Positions 18,871-28,982 of a DNA stretch of 64,000 bases are shown one piece after another. The position numbers and the translations under genes are program-made. Where the stretch lies: positions 112,275-176,274 of the forward strand of contig CAXSCR010000003.1 in assembly GCA_964235605.1 (NCBI GenBank), written 5' to 3'. Numbering within the stretch: position 1 is the stretch's first letter; every line of letters begins with the position of its first letter. The notes beneath the pieces are model-generated. The model worked only from the letters and a program-made list of their open reading frames with translations. It was not told the DNA's origin and ran no database searches. This DNA is from an uncultured Cyclobacteriaceae bacterium. Lineage in GTDB: Bacteria > Bacteroidota > Bacteroidia > Cytophagales > Cyclobacteriaceae.

Positions 18871-21800
18871 CTATTTCTGTATCACCATTCGAACTACATG
18901 AACATCATGATTGGTTTGAAGACGATAGAAATAAATTCCTGATCCATGGGATGTACCATTCCATGAAATAGTGTGGGTACCTTTTTGCATCGTTTTATTT
19001 AACACGGTAGATAGTAGCTGACCGGTTACATCCATAACTTCTAGCTTCACACGACTATCATTTACTAAATGAAATTCGATGTTTGTTATATCGCTAAAAG
19101 GATTTGGATAATTGTGCGTAACCTTGGCATTCACTGATTCCAAATTTTCAGAACCAATACGTGCAGAGGAAACCTGAACAGAAGCATTACTTGGTGGGGT
19201 GAATACTTGGCCGGCGGTAATGATTCCTAGAAAACCAAACACAATTGATTGATTTGCAAGAATGGTTTGCGTAGTAGCTGCACTACGAATTTCATAATGA
19301 TTACCAGTATGATTGGTTATAACTGCATCCCATATTGGTGTGAGTTCATGCGGACAATCCAAGGCAACAAGCCAATTACTTGTAGCAACAGGTGAATTAT
19401 TAAATACCCTTACTTCGCCCTGAAAACCTGTTGACCATTCTACAATTGTCTTATATACAATTTGCAGCTGAACCGTTGTTGACGTTACAGAAATATTTAC
19501 AGGAGATGAAGTTGTAACCTCGCCCTCATTATCTGTAGCACGCGTGGTAAGTGAATAACTACCGACACCAACGTTTGCCCAATTGAAAGTATAAGGACTT
19601 GAATTATCCGTTCCAAGAAGTATGCTTCCATTGTAAAACGCAACAGAAACAATAGCACCATCGGTATCTGATGCTGCTGCATTGATAGCGATGTTTGCCG
19701 GCGCATTGAATATAGCATTATTTGTAGGCAAGGTTATGTTAACTGTCGGTGGTTTATTACCTGTAACTGAAAAGCTTACTGAGGTAGAGGTTGTCACTGC
19801 ACCTTCATTATCCTTTGCCCTTGCTGTGATGATATAATTACCAGTGGATACATTGTTCCAACTATAACTATAAGGATTGGAGTTGTCTGTTCCCAGCAAA
19901 ACACTACCATTGTAAAAACTAACGGAAGCTACAGTTCCATTGGTATCTGTTGCCGTTGCGTTGATCGTAATATTAGCTGGAGCAATAAACGTTGATCCAT
20001 TAACAGGCAGGGTTATAGATACCGTTGGCGCAGGATTAACCGAGCCGCTCACCACTTGTTCGCCTGCAAGGTTTTTACGCAGCACACCACCTTGACGAAG
20101 ATTATTTACTATAGACAAAACATCTTCATAAGAAAGTATGGCATTTTTGGCGTGATATACCCAATCTGCTTTCATAGTAGTTGTTCTTACAGTTGTGGAT
20201 GTACCGGTAATGTTTTGATAGATCCAGTTAGCAAATGAAATATTTACATCTGAGTCAGGTTGGTATTGGCTATGTGTAGCCACGAGTTGACCATCAATAT
20301 AATATTTAACAGGCTGCCCTTCAATTACTGCATAGACAAGGTTGTGCCATCCTGCATAAGATTGTACTACTTTATCAAACGTTCTTGTTTCGCAGGTTTC
20401 CCACGTAGTGGTATACATGGTATTTTTTCTTTCATAATGCCATGCATCCCACGGTAGATATTCAAAATCACATTCAGAATAAAGATCGGCTTGGTTACAA
20501 GTTGCATAGCTATTGATGGTGTAAAATGTTTCAACATTGCCATCACCATATTGAGCGGGTGTATCGTCAAAGTATACACGTGCGGCAAACGTACCATTAC
20601 GGTATGGAAAAATATCAGTCTCTATTCTTGAATGGCGCGTGTTATTTGGATTATTATCTGCCGTTGTGGCTACACCCATAATGGTGTTTGAAGGATTCGC
20701 CGGATCTGCAGAAAATGTAATGAGATCTTTCGAATATATAGCGCCTGAAGGTGGGCCACTCGGGCCATCAACAACGATCCAATTATTAATAACATGAAGG
20801 GCGGGATCTGTTGAGCTGCTGTATGAGAAATCATCAAACATCTCTGTCACAAAAGGAAGCAATCCGTCTGTAATTTTATTCTGGGGTGATTCTGTTGACT
20901 TACCATTGCTACTATACGCAACGGCTTTTAAAGTATGCTTTCCACCTGCCATGTTTTGCCAGTTATAGTTGTAAGGCGCTGTTAGGTCAGAACCTAATAA
21001 AGCTCCATTTCCATAAAACTCTACGCGCTGTATCGTAAAGCCAGCCTCGACAGATGCAGTAGCTGAAATAGTTAGTGTACTTCCGGGTATGAACACAAAA
21101 TTATTAGCGGGTGAAGATATCGTTACTGTAGGCTTACCCTCGGTATTGAGATCCACACCTACTAACGCATTACCAACCACTTGCAGCAAAGGCTGTTGTT
21201 TGGTTACCTTATCAACATCCTGCGTGATTTCCCATATCATGGCACCGAGCAGTTCTTTTTGTTTTATATAATTAGTTTTTTCATTTAATGAAGTTTCATC
21301 ATCATAAGTAATAAAACCACTTCCAGAATTTTTTAAAAGATACGGAACCTTAGATTGATCATCCCAATATCTTGTCCAACCATTTCCAATAAGCGGCGCT
21401 ACATCATAGTAGGCTATGCCACCACCACCTTCACGTGGGGTTTGGTAGAGTGCTGAGTTATAAAACTCACGCCCATAAAAAGCAAGGCCCATAACAATTT
21501 GATTGGCTGGAATGTGAAGTGAATCAGTCATGTTTTTTACACCTCTGTCAACACTAAGATACCGATCACATATTTCCGGAGGGCCACAATACAAGGGTGC
21601 ATTGTGAGCTGCATGAATTGAATACGCCCAGTCACCGGCATAGTCATAAGACATTAATCCAAACCAGTCTATATAATTTTTAAGGGTTGCAAAATCAACC
21701 CACGTGGCATAATACAAACTTGAATGTACAGCCATAGAGATTTCAAGATTTTTGCCTAATTGCGATTGTGCTGCTGTAAATGCCTGGCGCATTTCTGTAA

Positions 21801-22284
21801 TTAGTGAAGTTAGATTTTGCCGATCCTCATTTCGATTGTTGTCGCCTGGATATTCCCAATCTATAGTTACGCCATCATAGCCATAAGTTTTACACCAATC
21901 TACAAGCGTCTTAATAAAAATAGTACGTGTTGAGGCAGATGCTGCCATGTCATGAAATCCGCCAGATTGAAGTCCACCGCCCATCATGATAATAAACTTT
22001 TTACCTTCAGCATGGGTGCGTGCTATTAAGTTTGGATTATGGTATGAACCTGTTTCGGTACTGATGCTACCATCGGCGCGCGGTCCGGCAAAACAATAAA
22101 TTAAGTGTGTTAGATTTTGTAATACAATGTTCTCTGGCTTCAATACATAATCCTTTGTGTATGGATAAAATCCCGCAACGATAAGTTTCTCATACTGTTG
22201 TTGTGCCTTCAAGCTGAAAGCACAATTAAACATGCATGCTAGCAGAAGTACAGCTCGCATCAAGCTCCGTTTTATTGTCTTCAT
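18871..22284 (-). CDS. Multidomain secreted glycoside hydrolase: GH18 + Ig-like + GH16-like + 2x Ig-like + CBM2-like + T9SS type A C-terminal sorting domain
   Basis: GH18 motif YDGVTIDWEYPG. Central concanavalin-like domain carries ECDFE (ExDxE). Two tandem repeats of about 90 aa (PTVSITLPVNGSTF... and PTVNITLPTNNAIF...). CBM2-like segment VEWSTGFQGEVRVFN. C-terminal segment NYPNPFSDITNIEF...GIYFYRL. Confidence 0.85.
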   Translation of the reverse strand: MKTIKRSLMRAVLLLACMFNCAFSLKAQQQYEKLIVAGFYPYTKDYVLKPENIVLQNLTHLIYCFAGPRADGSISTETGSYHNPNLIARTHAEGKKFIIMMGGGLQSGGFHDMAASASTRTIFIKTLVDWCKTYGYDGVTIDWEYPGDNNRNEDRQNLTSLITEMRQAFTAAQSQLGKNLEISMAVHSSLYYATWVDFATLKNYIDWFGLMSYDYAGDWAYSIHAAHNAPLYCGPPEICDRYLSVDRGVKNMTDSLHIPANQIVMGLAFYGREFYNSALYQTPREGGGGIAYYDVAPLIGNGWTRYWDDQSKVPYLLKNSGSGFITYDDETSLNEKTNYIKQKELLGAMIWEITQDVDKVTKQQPLLQVVGNALVGVDLNTEGKPTVTISSPANNFVFIPGSTLTISATASVEAGFTIQRVEFYGNGALLGSDLTAPYNYNWQNMAGGKHTLKAVAYSSNGKSTESPQNKITDGLLPFVTEMFDDFSYSSSTDPALHVINNWIVVDGPSGPPSGAIYSKDLITFSADPANPSNTIMGVATTADNNPNNTRHSRIETDIFPYRNGTFAARVYFDDTPAQYGDGNVETFYTINSYATCNQADLYSECDFEYLPWDAWHYERKNTMYTTTWETCETRTFDKVVQSYAGWHNLVYAVIEGQPVKYYIDGQLVATHSQYQPDSDVNISFANWIYQNITGTSTTVRTTTMKADWVYHAKNAILSYEDVLSIVNNLRQGGVLRKNLAGEQVVSGSVNPAPTVSITLPVNGSTFIAPANITINATATDTNGTVASVSFYNGSVLLGTDNSNPYSYSWNNVSTGNYIITARAKDNEGAVTTSTSVSFSVTGNKPPTVNITLPTNNAIFNAPANIAINAAASDTDGAIVSVAFYNGSILLGTDNSSPYTFNWANVGVGSYSLTTRATDNEGEVTTSSPVNISVTSTTVQLQIVYKTIVEWSTGFQGEVRVFNNSPVATSNWLVALDCPHELTPIWDAVITNHTGNHYEIRSAATTQTILANQSIVFGFLGIITAGQVFTPPSNASVQVSSARIGSENLESVNAKVTHNYPNPFSDITNIEFHLVNDSRVKLEVMDVTGQLLSTVLNKTMQKGTHTISWNGTSHGSGIYFYRLQTNHDVHVVRMVIQK

Positions 22285-22813
22285 ATTCGCGTTAGGTTAG
22301 GTGGATATGAAGTAAAAATCAACATTTGGAAATGGCTAGTCTCTTAAACAAGGGCTACAAAACATGCTACAGTATAAAAAAGAAGGGCTACATTTTACGG
22401 TAATGACATGAATGAGCGCATCAAAATATGAGATATTATGCAATGCAAGCAGTTAAGTTATTACGCTACCTGATTTTTAAGATATACGGGAAAGCTATTT
22501 TTATAGTGTTGTTATAAACTAGAATTGCACTCGATCTGTATCGTGAAAAGCAATAATTGGTAAGATCGTAATCTTAACTATACGTCGCTATACAGTGTTG
22601 TGATACATAGTCAAGTCACTGGATTGACTGCTCACCTTATTTAGAAATAGTAGTGAATGATGTGTGAGTACACAACCTTGAAAGGCTGCTATATATTCTT
22701 CGCCTCGACTGTGTTTATTCACCTACACCTAGAAGTAAGCTATTTGGCAGACAAATAATCAACCAGCTGCTTATTTGTGTAATCGGCCATCAGGGATAGA
22801 TTAGTAAGTATAT

Positions 22814-23566
22814 TTATAAATACTTATTCAAGCTACTTAGATTATTAAAAGCATCTCCCATTGTGTTATTGAAGTACACAAAAACTTTTTTTCCATCTTC
22901 CAACCACTGTTTAACATATTCAGCATATTCGAGTAAAAAATCATTCTCATAACTTCCACGGTATTTACCCGTTGGGCCATGAAAACGAACATAAACAAAA
23001 TCTGATGTTGGATCCGTTAATGGTGTTGCTGAAGCGGGAATGTCATGTATAACAAGCGAAGCATTATAAGTATCTAAAAGCGCATAAACATCTGGATTAT
23101 ACCAGCCTCTATTACGGAATTCTACAGCAACACTCCATACGTTTTCCGGATCTGCGGTTTTTATTACATTTAAAAGCTTATCTAAATTATTAATATTCTC
23201 ATTTTTTAAACTTGGCGGAAACTGTATAAGTAAGCAACCTTTTTTATGTCCCGCATAAGCTATGGTTTGTATAAAATGATGAATGTCTATTTCATCAAAA
23301 ACCAGATTCTTGTTGTGTGTTATTTGTTTCCACAGTTTAAAAGTAAATCTAAAATTATCATTTACAGATGATGCCCATTTACCAACTGTAGTCTTCATAG
23401 GTACTTTATAAAAACTACTATTGATTTCAATGCTGTTGAAAAAAGTAGAATAATAAGTTAAGCGACTCGATGCCTGATGCTCTGGTGGGTATAAATATTT
23501 AGGAACTGGAAGCTGTAAACCACTTATACCTGCGTAATAGGAATTGGGTATGCTTTGGTTGTTCAT
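22814..23566 (-). CDS. DUF72 (YecE-like) family protein
   Basis: Family-typical YYSTFFNSIEINSSFYKVP and FRFTFKLWKQITH. Confidence 0.75.
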   Translation of the reverse strand: MNNQSIPNSYYAGISGLQLPVPKYLYPPEHQASSRLTYYSTFFNSIEINSSFYKVPMKTTVGKWASSVNDNFRFTFKLWKQITHNKNLVFDEIDIHHFIQTIAYAGHKKGCLLIQFPPSLKNENINNLDKLLNVIKTADPENVWSVAVEFRNRGWYNPDVYALLDTYNASLVIHDIPASATPLTDPTSDFVYVRFHGPTGKYRGSYENDFLLEYAEYVKQWLEDGKKVFVYFNNTMGDAFNNLSSLNKYL

Positions 23567-23902
23567 AGATTAGATTATGTACGGTAGCATGTTTAATAAA
23601 ATATCAAGAGTATAAAAATATCACACCAACTTTATACAATGCACATGTTTCCCTCAACGACTTTAAATAAATGAACCATTATACTAATGAGACCTTGCTC
23701 CCTGTACTTGTTGCTCTGTAAATGGCTTGTAATGAATGGATAAGCTTGAAACACAGTTGTTACTCCCCTTTATATTGTCGCAATTAGCCCGCTAAAGTGT
23801 CGCCTTTACCACCTGTGAAGGCTGTATTTAACTGCGCATATTTGTATTGTTAATTTGATATACAGACTGACAAACAAATTGTAAAACATTAATTTAATAA
23901 CT

Positions 23903-24358
23903 ATGGAAAATCTAGAATATAAAATCGTGATTTCCGCACCAGCAAAAACAGTGTGGGACACAATGTTACAGGAAGACACCTATAAGCAGTGGGTAGCGAA
24001 AAGCTGGCCCAACGCTGCTTACGAAGGCAAGTGGGCGGAGGGAGAAAAGGTAAAATTCGTCTGTGCCGGGCAAGGTGGCACACTCGCAGAATTAACTGAA
24101 GTTAAACCTTACGAAAGCGTTGTTGCACGTCATATCGCTATCATCAATTCCGACGGCTCAGAAGATCGCACTAGCGACTTTGCTAAGGGCTGGGTAGGAA
24201 TTATAGAGGCATACAAATTTACGGAACAAGATGCTACGACCACACTAACGGTATCCATCGAAACTAATCCGGAATGGAAGAAGATGTTTGACGACGGCTG
24301 GCCTACCGCATTGCAAGAGTTGAAAAAATTAGCCGAAGGGCAACTTGTAGTTGTTTAA
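23903..24358 (+). CDS. SRPBCC/AHSA1-like domain protein
   Basis: 151 aa. The start LEYKIVISAPAKTVWDTML is typical of START/AHSA1-fold proteins. Confidence 0.65.
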   Translation: MENLEYKIVISAPAKTVWDTMLQEDTYKQWVAKSWPNAAYEGKWAEGEKVKFVCAGQGGTLAELTEVKPYESVVARHIAIINSDGSEDRTSDFAKGWVGIIEAYKFTEQDATTTLTVSIETNPEWKKMFDDGWPTALQELKKLAEGQLVVV

Positions 24359-24369
24359 AGCTGTTGTTA

Positions 24370-24399
24370 TAAGAAATGCGGGTAAGAACGCATTTCTTA
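24370..24399. terminator. Bidirectional terminator hairpin
   Basis: Perfect 11-bp stem TAAGAAATGCG-N8-CGCATTTCTTA between convergent genes. Confidence 0.65.
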
Positions 24400-24434
24400 C
24401 TATTGGTAATCCAATTTATTATGAGTGATTCCCC

Positions 24435-24809
24435 TCACCTTAATACGGCGGTTCTCGATTTCAGAAGCTTAAGAATTTTTTTTCGTCTATAAGTAAAAAT
24501 TCTGTATGTCTTTCTATCGAGCGTTGTAATCCCTATTCGATTGGAGAACAATGTTGCCTTGTATCGTTTGACCTTTGCTATTTGCGTGTATGGCAAGGCA
24601 AAATTAATTTGACTCGCGCTAGCTTTGATGGCTCGGAAGACAACAGAGTCACGTCCTAATTTTAATACTCCTTTTGTTCCTTGAAATGCTTGAAATATGC
24701 TAACATCATCTCGCCTCACCGTTTGCTCAAATGGAATCTCTATTTGACTGAACGCCGGCCAATTGATAATTATAAAAGACGTTATGAAACAAAGAAGATT
24801 TATTCTCAT
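24435..24809 (-). CDS. Hypothetical secreted protein
   Basis: The ORF-track ORF uses a GTG at 24833. The internal ATG at 24809 gives signal-like MRINLLCFITSFIIINWPAFSQ. I recognise no family. Confidence 0.5.
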   Translation of the reverse strand: MRINLLCFITSFIIINWPAFSQIEIPFEQTVRRDDVSIFQAFQGTKGVLKLGRDSVVFRAIKASASQINFALPYTQIAKVKRYKATLFSNRIGITTLDRKTYRIFTYRRKKILKLLKSRTAVLR

Positions 24810-25040
24810 GGTTATCAAATTACTGAGCTGCACAGTCAGGCCGGAGGTTATGGTATAACAGGAAATGAAGCCAGGTTAACACGTCACTCTCCCTAACAAA
24901 AATAATATAGTACACAATTCATCCATTACTCACAGTAAATTTACACACGCGTTGGTGTCCTCTAGATTATTATTACAGAGTCTACACCGACCCTGATGGC
25001 AATCAACCTTAATAACGTATGAACAAATACGAATCATAAA

Positions 25041-25379
25041 TTAATGAATGGACGTCTCATTAATAAGGCCTTTTAAAACATTAAAAACGTCGTCTTTCTG
25101 TCGGCCTAAGAGCTCATTAAATTTAATTGATGTAACAAATGCGTGTGTGAGCTTAACCTCATCATCTAATAAGTCAACTTTCTTTAATTCCGAAATTTTT
25201 ACGCTGTAGGTTTTAAAGGGAGTTCTCTTCAACGTAATGTTCTCATCGTCCACTGTCACATAGGGTACAAAATTTAACCACAATGCATAGCTAAATAAAA
25301 CAGCTGCCACTACATAGTACATAAATATTGGTATCAAACCGTCTAGTTTGTTTTCATAATATCTTATACCTCTTGACAT
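25041..25379 (-). CDS. Hypothetical membrane protein
   Basis: The ORF-track start at 25412 is TTG. ATG 25379 (MSRGIRYY...) is followed by a hydrophobic segment. The start is uncertain. Confidence 0.45.
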   Translation of the reverse strand: MSRGIRYYENKLDGLIPIFMYYVVAAVLFSYALWLNFVPYVTVDDENITLKRTPFKTYSVKISELKKVDLLDDEVKLTHAFVTSIKFNELLGRQKDDVFNVLKGLINETSIH

Positions 25380-25680
25380 GACTAGTACATCGTTCTTTAA
25401 ATAACGTATCAAACAAGGGCCAATTTAGATTTACTGGTAGTGCGCACCTTTGATAGGTTTTATCAAAAAATATAATTTTTATTTGTAATGTTATTTTAAG
25501 AACGAAATACTAGTATACCAAGTATAAACAACAACCTAAATACTATTTTGTTTCTCTTAAATTTGTGTTCCATTCATAATTTAATCTAATAGCAAAACGT
25601 TTTAATAAATCACGGAAGAAACTTCCGTGCGAGAGGGTAGAGGCGCACCGTCTACTCGATTGTGACTCGTACCTTTTACG

Positions 25681-26070
25681 CTACTCATTTATTTTCACAA
25701 ATATCTGCATTACCCCTTTTGAATTTAAGTCATAAAAATTCTCAACTATAAGACTGTCGCCTGCTTGGGTGAAGTTATAGTCATTGTAGTCCGTACTAGA
25801 GGATAAAGTCCAACGAAGAGAAATTTTGTCTGATAGTATTTTATAGTAATATGGCCCAAATCCATTTTTTGGTCTTAAGCATCCATTTGTCATCTCGAGT
25901 CCTCGATCAAGTTGAACATAATCATGTTCACTTACTACCAAAAAAGTAAGGGTGTCCGTCTTGGTATTAATGTCAACCCATTTTCCCTTCAACTTTGTCT
26001 GCATTACTGAATTCTCGTCAGCACAATCGAGTAGCGAGATTACAAGAATAAATAGGAGTCCGAGATTCAT
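25681..26070 (-). CDS. Hypothetical lipoprotein
   Basis: ATG 26070 gives MNLGLLFILVISLLDCADE, a lipobox-like LLDC. The ORF-track TTG start at 26094 is less likely. Confidence 0.5.
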   Translation of the reverse strand: MNLGLLFILVISLLDCADENSVMQTKLKGKWVDINTKTDTLTFLVVSEHDYVQLDRGLEMTNGCLRPKNGFGPYYYKILSDKISLRWTLSSSTDYNDYNFTQAGDSLIVENFYDLNSKGVMQIFVKINE

Positions 26071-26304
26071 TGTCTTTACTATGTTTATGACCAACTAGTC
26101 CAAAGGCATGTGCCACAACTACTTCATTTATACACCAAGCGAATATATATATTCCATTTATTCTAACTAACAAGATACATATATCTATTATATCAAGAAG
26201 GTTTTAAACACCTTTTAAAATCAAGATGATGATTGATTCCTATCTTTCCTCATTGATCTTCAATCCATTCATCTTTTTAAAGGGAAACCAGTCACCTAAT
26301 AACT

Positions 26305-27999
26305 TTAAAAATTCCCCTTATCCATCTCCTCCACTGCATAATTAGCGGCCCTCGCCGTTAACGCCATAAAAGTAAGCGAAGGGTTTTGTGTACCTGTGGA
26401 TGTCATGCAAGCGCCATCAGTGACAAACACATTTTTGCATGCGTGAAGTTGGTTCCAGTTATTTAATAAAGATGTCTTAGGGTCTTTGCCCATGCGTACG
26501 CCGCCCATCTCATGAATATCTAAGCCAGGTGCTTGTTTGCTGTCACGCGTTATGATGTTTATGCAACCGGCTTTTTTAAGCATTTCAGTGCCTTGCTCAA
26601 AAAAATCTTGTACTATCTTCTCATCGTTGTCATCAAAGTCAACTGAGGTAATTAATTGTGGTATGCCCCACGCATCTGTTTTATCTGGACTTAAACGAAC
26701 ATGATTCTCGAATTTAGGAATGGTTTCTCCTTGCATCATCATGTAGACGCTCCAAGGTCCGGGCTTTGTCATTTCGTTTTTAAACGCCTCACCAAATTTA
26801 TCTGATTGTCTTGACCAATCTTCGCGACCGGCGGAGTAAGTGACTATGTACCCACGTTTAAAATCCATTTCTTGTTTATAAACATTTCTGAATGAAGGCA
26901 TGAGGACCATTACGGGTCTTCTGCCCGAAAAATATTGATCTTCATAACCTTCAAAGGTTGCTGTAATGGAGCCACGATAATTATGGAAAGCAATGTAGTG
27001 GCCTAGTAAACCATTATCATTTCCCAAGCCATTGGGAAAACGATTGGATTTTGAATTCAATAAAATGAGATTGGTATTTATAGCAGCAGCATTAACAAAT
27101 ATAATGCGTGCATAAAATTCCATTTCTTCTTTTGTGTTTGCATCAATTACACGAACGCCAATTGCTTTTTGTTGTTTCTCATCATAGATAATTGAATGAA
27201 CAACAGAATCTGTACGAAGCGTAAGGTTTCCTGTTTTATTTGCCCACGGCAATGTGGAGGCGTTTGAGCTGAAGTAAGCACCATACGGACAACCACGATA
27301 ACATAAGTGGCGTGCCTGACACTTACCACGCCCTTGTTCTATATGAACAGCACTAGGCTTTGTAAGATGAGCACCACGACCCATTACAACGGGCCTGTCT
27401 TTATAATTTTCTAGAATTTTATCTTTGATATGCTTCTCAACGCAATTCATTTCAAAAGCAGGCTGCACTTCGCTATCAGGCAGATTTTCTAAACCATCAC
27501 GATCACCACATATACCTGCAAACAACTCAACGTGCGAGTACCAAGGCGCCAGGTCATTGTAAGAAATGGGCCATTCGACTGCGAAGCCATCGCGCGCAGG
27601 CGCTTCAAATTCAAAGTGGCTCCAGCGTTGTGTTTGTCGTGCCCAGGTGAGTGACTTGCCGCCTTCCTGATATCCACGAATCCAATCAAAAGGTTTTTCT
27701 TGAATGTAAGGATGCTCATTGTCCTTGACGAAAAATTGTTTTGTTGCATCATCAAATGCGTAACATTTACCTATGATGGGGTTTTCTTTTCTTAGTTCTT
27801 CAGGAAGGTCACCACGATAGAGAAAGTCCCAAGGGTTTTGCATGGCTGTAGGATAATTGCCGTGTTTCAAAGACCTTCCGCGTTCTAGTAACAATGTCTT
27901 CTTGCCTTTGTCACATAATTCCTTCGCTGCCCATCCACCGCTTATACCTGAACCAATTACTATAGCATCGTAAACTTTCCCCTTAGCTTTTTGCGACAT
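26305..27999 (-). CDS. GMC family FAD-dependent oxidoreductase
   Basis: N-terminal Rossmann motif YDAIVIGSGISGGWAAKEL. The length of 564 aa and the C-terminal region are GMC-like. Confidence 0.8.
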   Translation of the reverse strand: MSQKAKGKVYDAIVIGSGISGGWAAKELCDKGKKTLLLERGRSLKHGNYPTAMQNPWDFLYRGDLPEELRKENPIIGKCYAFDDATKQFFVKDNEHPYIQEKPFDWIRGYQEGGKSLTWARQTQRWSHFEFEAPARDGFAVEWPISYNDLAPWYSHVELFAGICGDRDGLENLPDSEVQPAFEMNCVEKHIKDKILENYKDRPVVMGRGAHLTKPSAVHIEQGRGKCQARHLCYRGCPYGAYFSSNASTLPWANKTGNLTLRTDSVVHSIIYDEKQQKAIGVRVIDANTKEEMEFYARIIFVNAAAINTNLILLNSKSNRFPNGLGNDNGLLGHYIAFHNYRGSITATFEGYEDQYFSGRRPVMVLMPSFRNVYKQEMDFKRGYIVTYSAGREDWSRQSDKFGEAFKNEMTKPGPWSVYMMMQGETIPKFENHVRLSPDKTDAWGIPQLITSVDFDDNDEKIVQDFFEQGTEMLKKAGCINIITRDSKQAPGLDIHEMGGVRMGKDPKTSLLNNWNQLHACKNVFVTDGACMTSTGTQNPSLTFMALTARAANYAVEEMDKGNF

Positions 28000-28124
28000 T
28001 ATGTTATTATTTTTAGGAAGTTATAAACTTCGTTGTGATTTAAGAAGATGCTGGTAGGATTTTCGGCGATTTTCCAGTTGTACAGATTGATCGACTAGTT
28101 TACATTTACAAGCGAACTAAGAAA

Positions 28125-28718
28125 ATGAGGAAGAGATTTAGAAAAAATATGCGCTTAGCAAGGGTTGTTATCTACAAAGAAACCCTACTTGATTTTAAAG
28201 AGCATTTCTGGACTTTCATTGGTGCTTTTACTGGTATAGCAGCTATTGGATACTTGAACAGCACCTACATAGATGTGCATGATAACATTTTCCTTATCGG
28301 CTCATTCGGAGCATCTTCTGTGCTTATTTATGGTGTAATTAATAGTCCGATGGCACAACCCAGAAACCTGATTGGGGGCCATGTAATTTGTGCTTTTACG
28401 GGTGTAACGTTATATTTTTTGATTCCTAATCTTTGGTTTGCTGCTGCGTTGGCTGTAGCCTCTTCCATAGTCTTCATGCAAATTACGAAGACACTTCATC
28501 CACCAGGCGGCGCAACGGCACTCATTGCAGTTATAGGCTCTCCTAAAATACACGAACTAGGATACCTCTATGTACTTAGTCCGGTGTTAAGTGGTGTGGC
28601 TATTTTATTGGTGGTGGCGTTGGTGTTTAATAATATCACTTCACATCGCAGCTATCCTAAAAATAAACATTGGTATCGTGTCTGGAAAAGGAGATATCTA
28701 CATAAGAAGAATTTATAG
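28125..28718 (+). CDS. HPP family membrane protein
   Basis: Polytopic protein with the diagnostic HPPGGATAL motif. Confidence 0.8.
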   Translation: MRKRFRKNMRLARVVIYKETLLDFKEHFWTFIGAFTGIAAIGYLNSTYIDVHDNIFLIGSFGASSVLIYGVINSPMAQPRNLIGGHVICAFTGVTLYFLIPNLWFAAALAVASSIVFMQITKTLHPPGGATALIAVIGSPKIHELGYLYVLSPVLSGVAILLVVALVFNNITSHRSYPKNKHWYRVWKRRYLHKKNL

Positions 28719-28777
28719 GGGATGAAATTTCATTCAATTATATTCTGCCAGAATCGCCAGACGAGGTCTCTCACCTC

Positions 28778-28901
28778 GGTCTGTGTCCTCCCAGACCGAA
28801 AGGATGTAAACCCCAGCTCAATAATGAATATATAGCGTTAAATATGTGACAGCATCAATACATCCCGCGAAATCTGTAATAGGTCTGTGAGGACACAGAC
28901 C
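28778..28901. repeat. MITE/REP-like element with palindromic termini (copy 1)
   Basis: Termini are GGTCTGTGTCCTCCCAGACC (28778-28797) and GGTCTGTGAGGACACAGACC (28882-28901) in inverted orientation around an 84-nt core. The core (GAAAGGA..AACCCC...CTGTAATA) matches 37701-37807 in reverse orientation. Confidence 0.8.
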
Positions 28902-28982
28902 TTGGATATGGTTTTGAGATTTAGACACTTCAAATGTAAATAAGGATAAATCTCAACTTAAAATAGCCCGGCTCGCACCATT

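Noticed and set aside
28719-28740. GGGGATGAAATTTCATT after the HPP stop resembles GGGTGATGAAATTCCATT (reverse complement of 37857-37874), which might mark a shared element boundary.
   Set aside because: The match is only about 15 of 17 nt. The second copy is explained by homology to the nuclease gene coding sequence, so a coincidental AT-rich match cannot be excluded without a genome-wide count.
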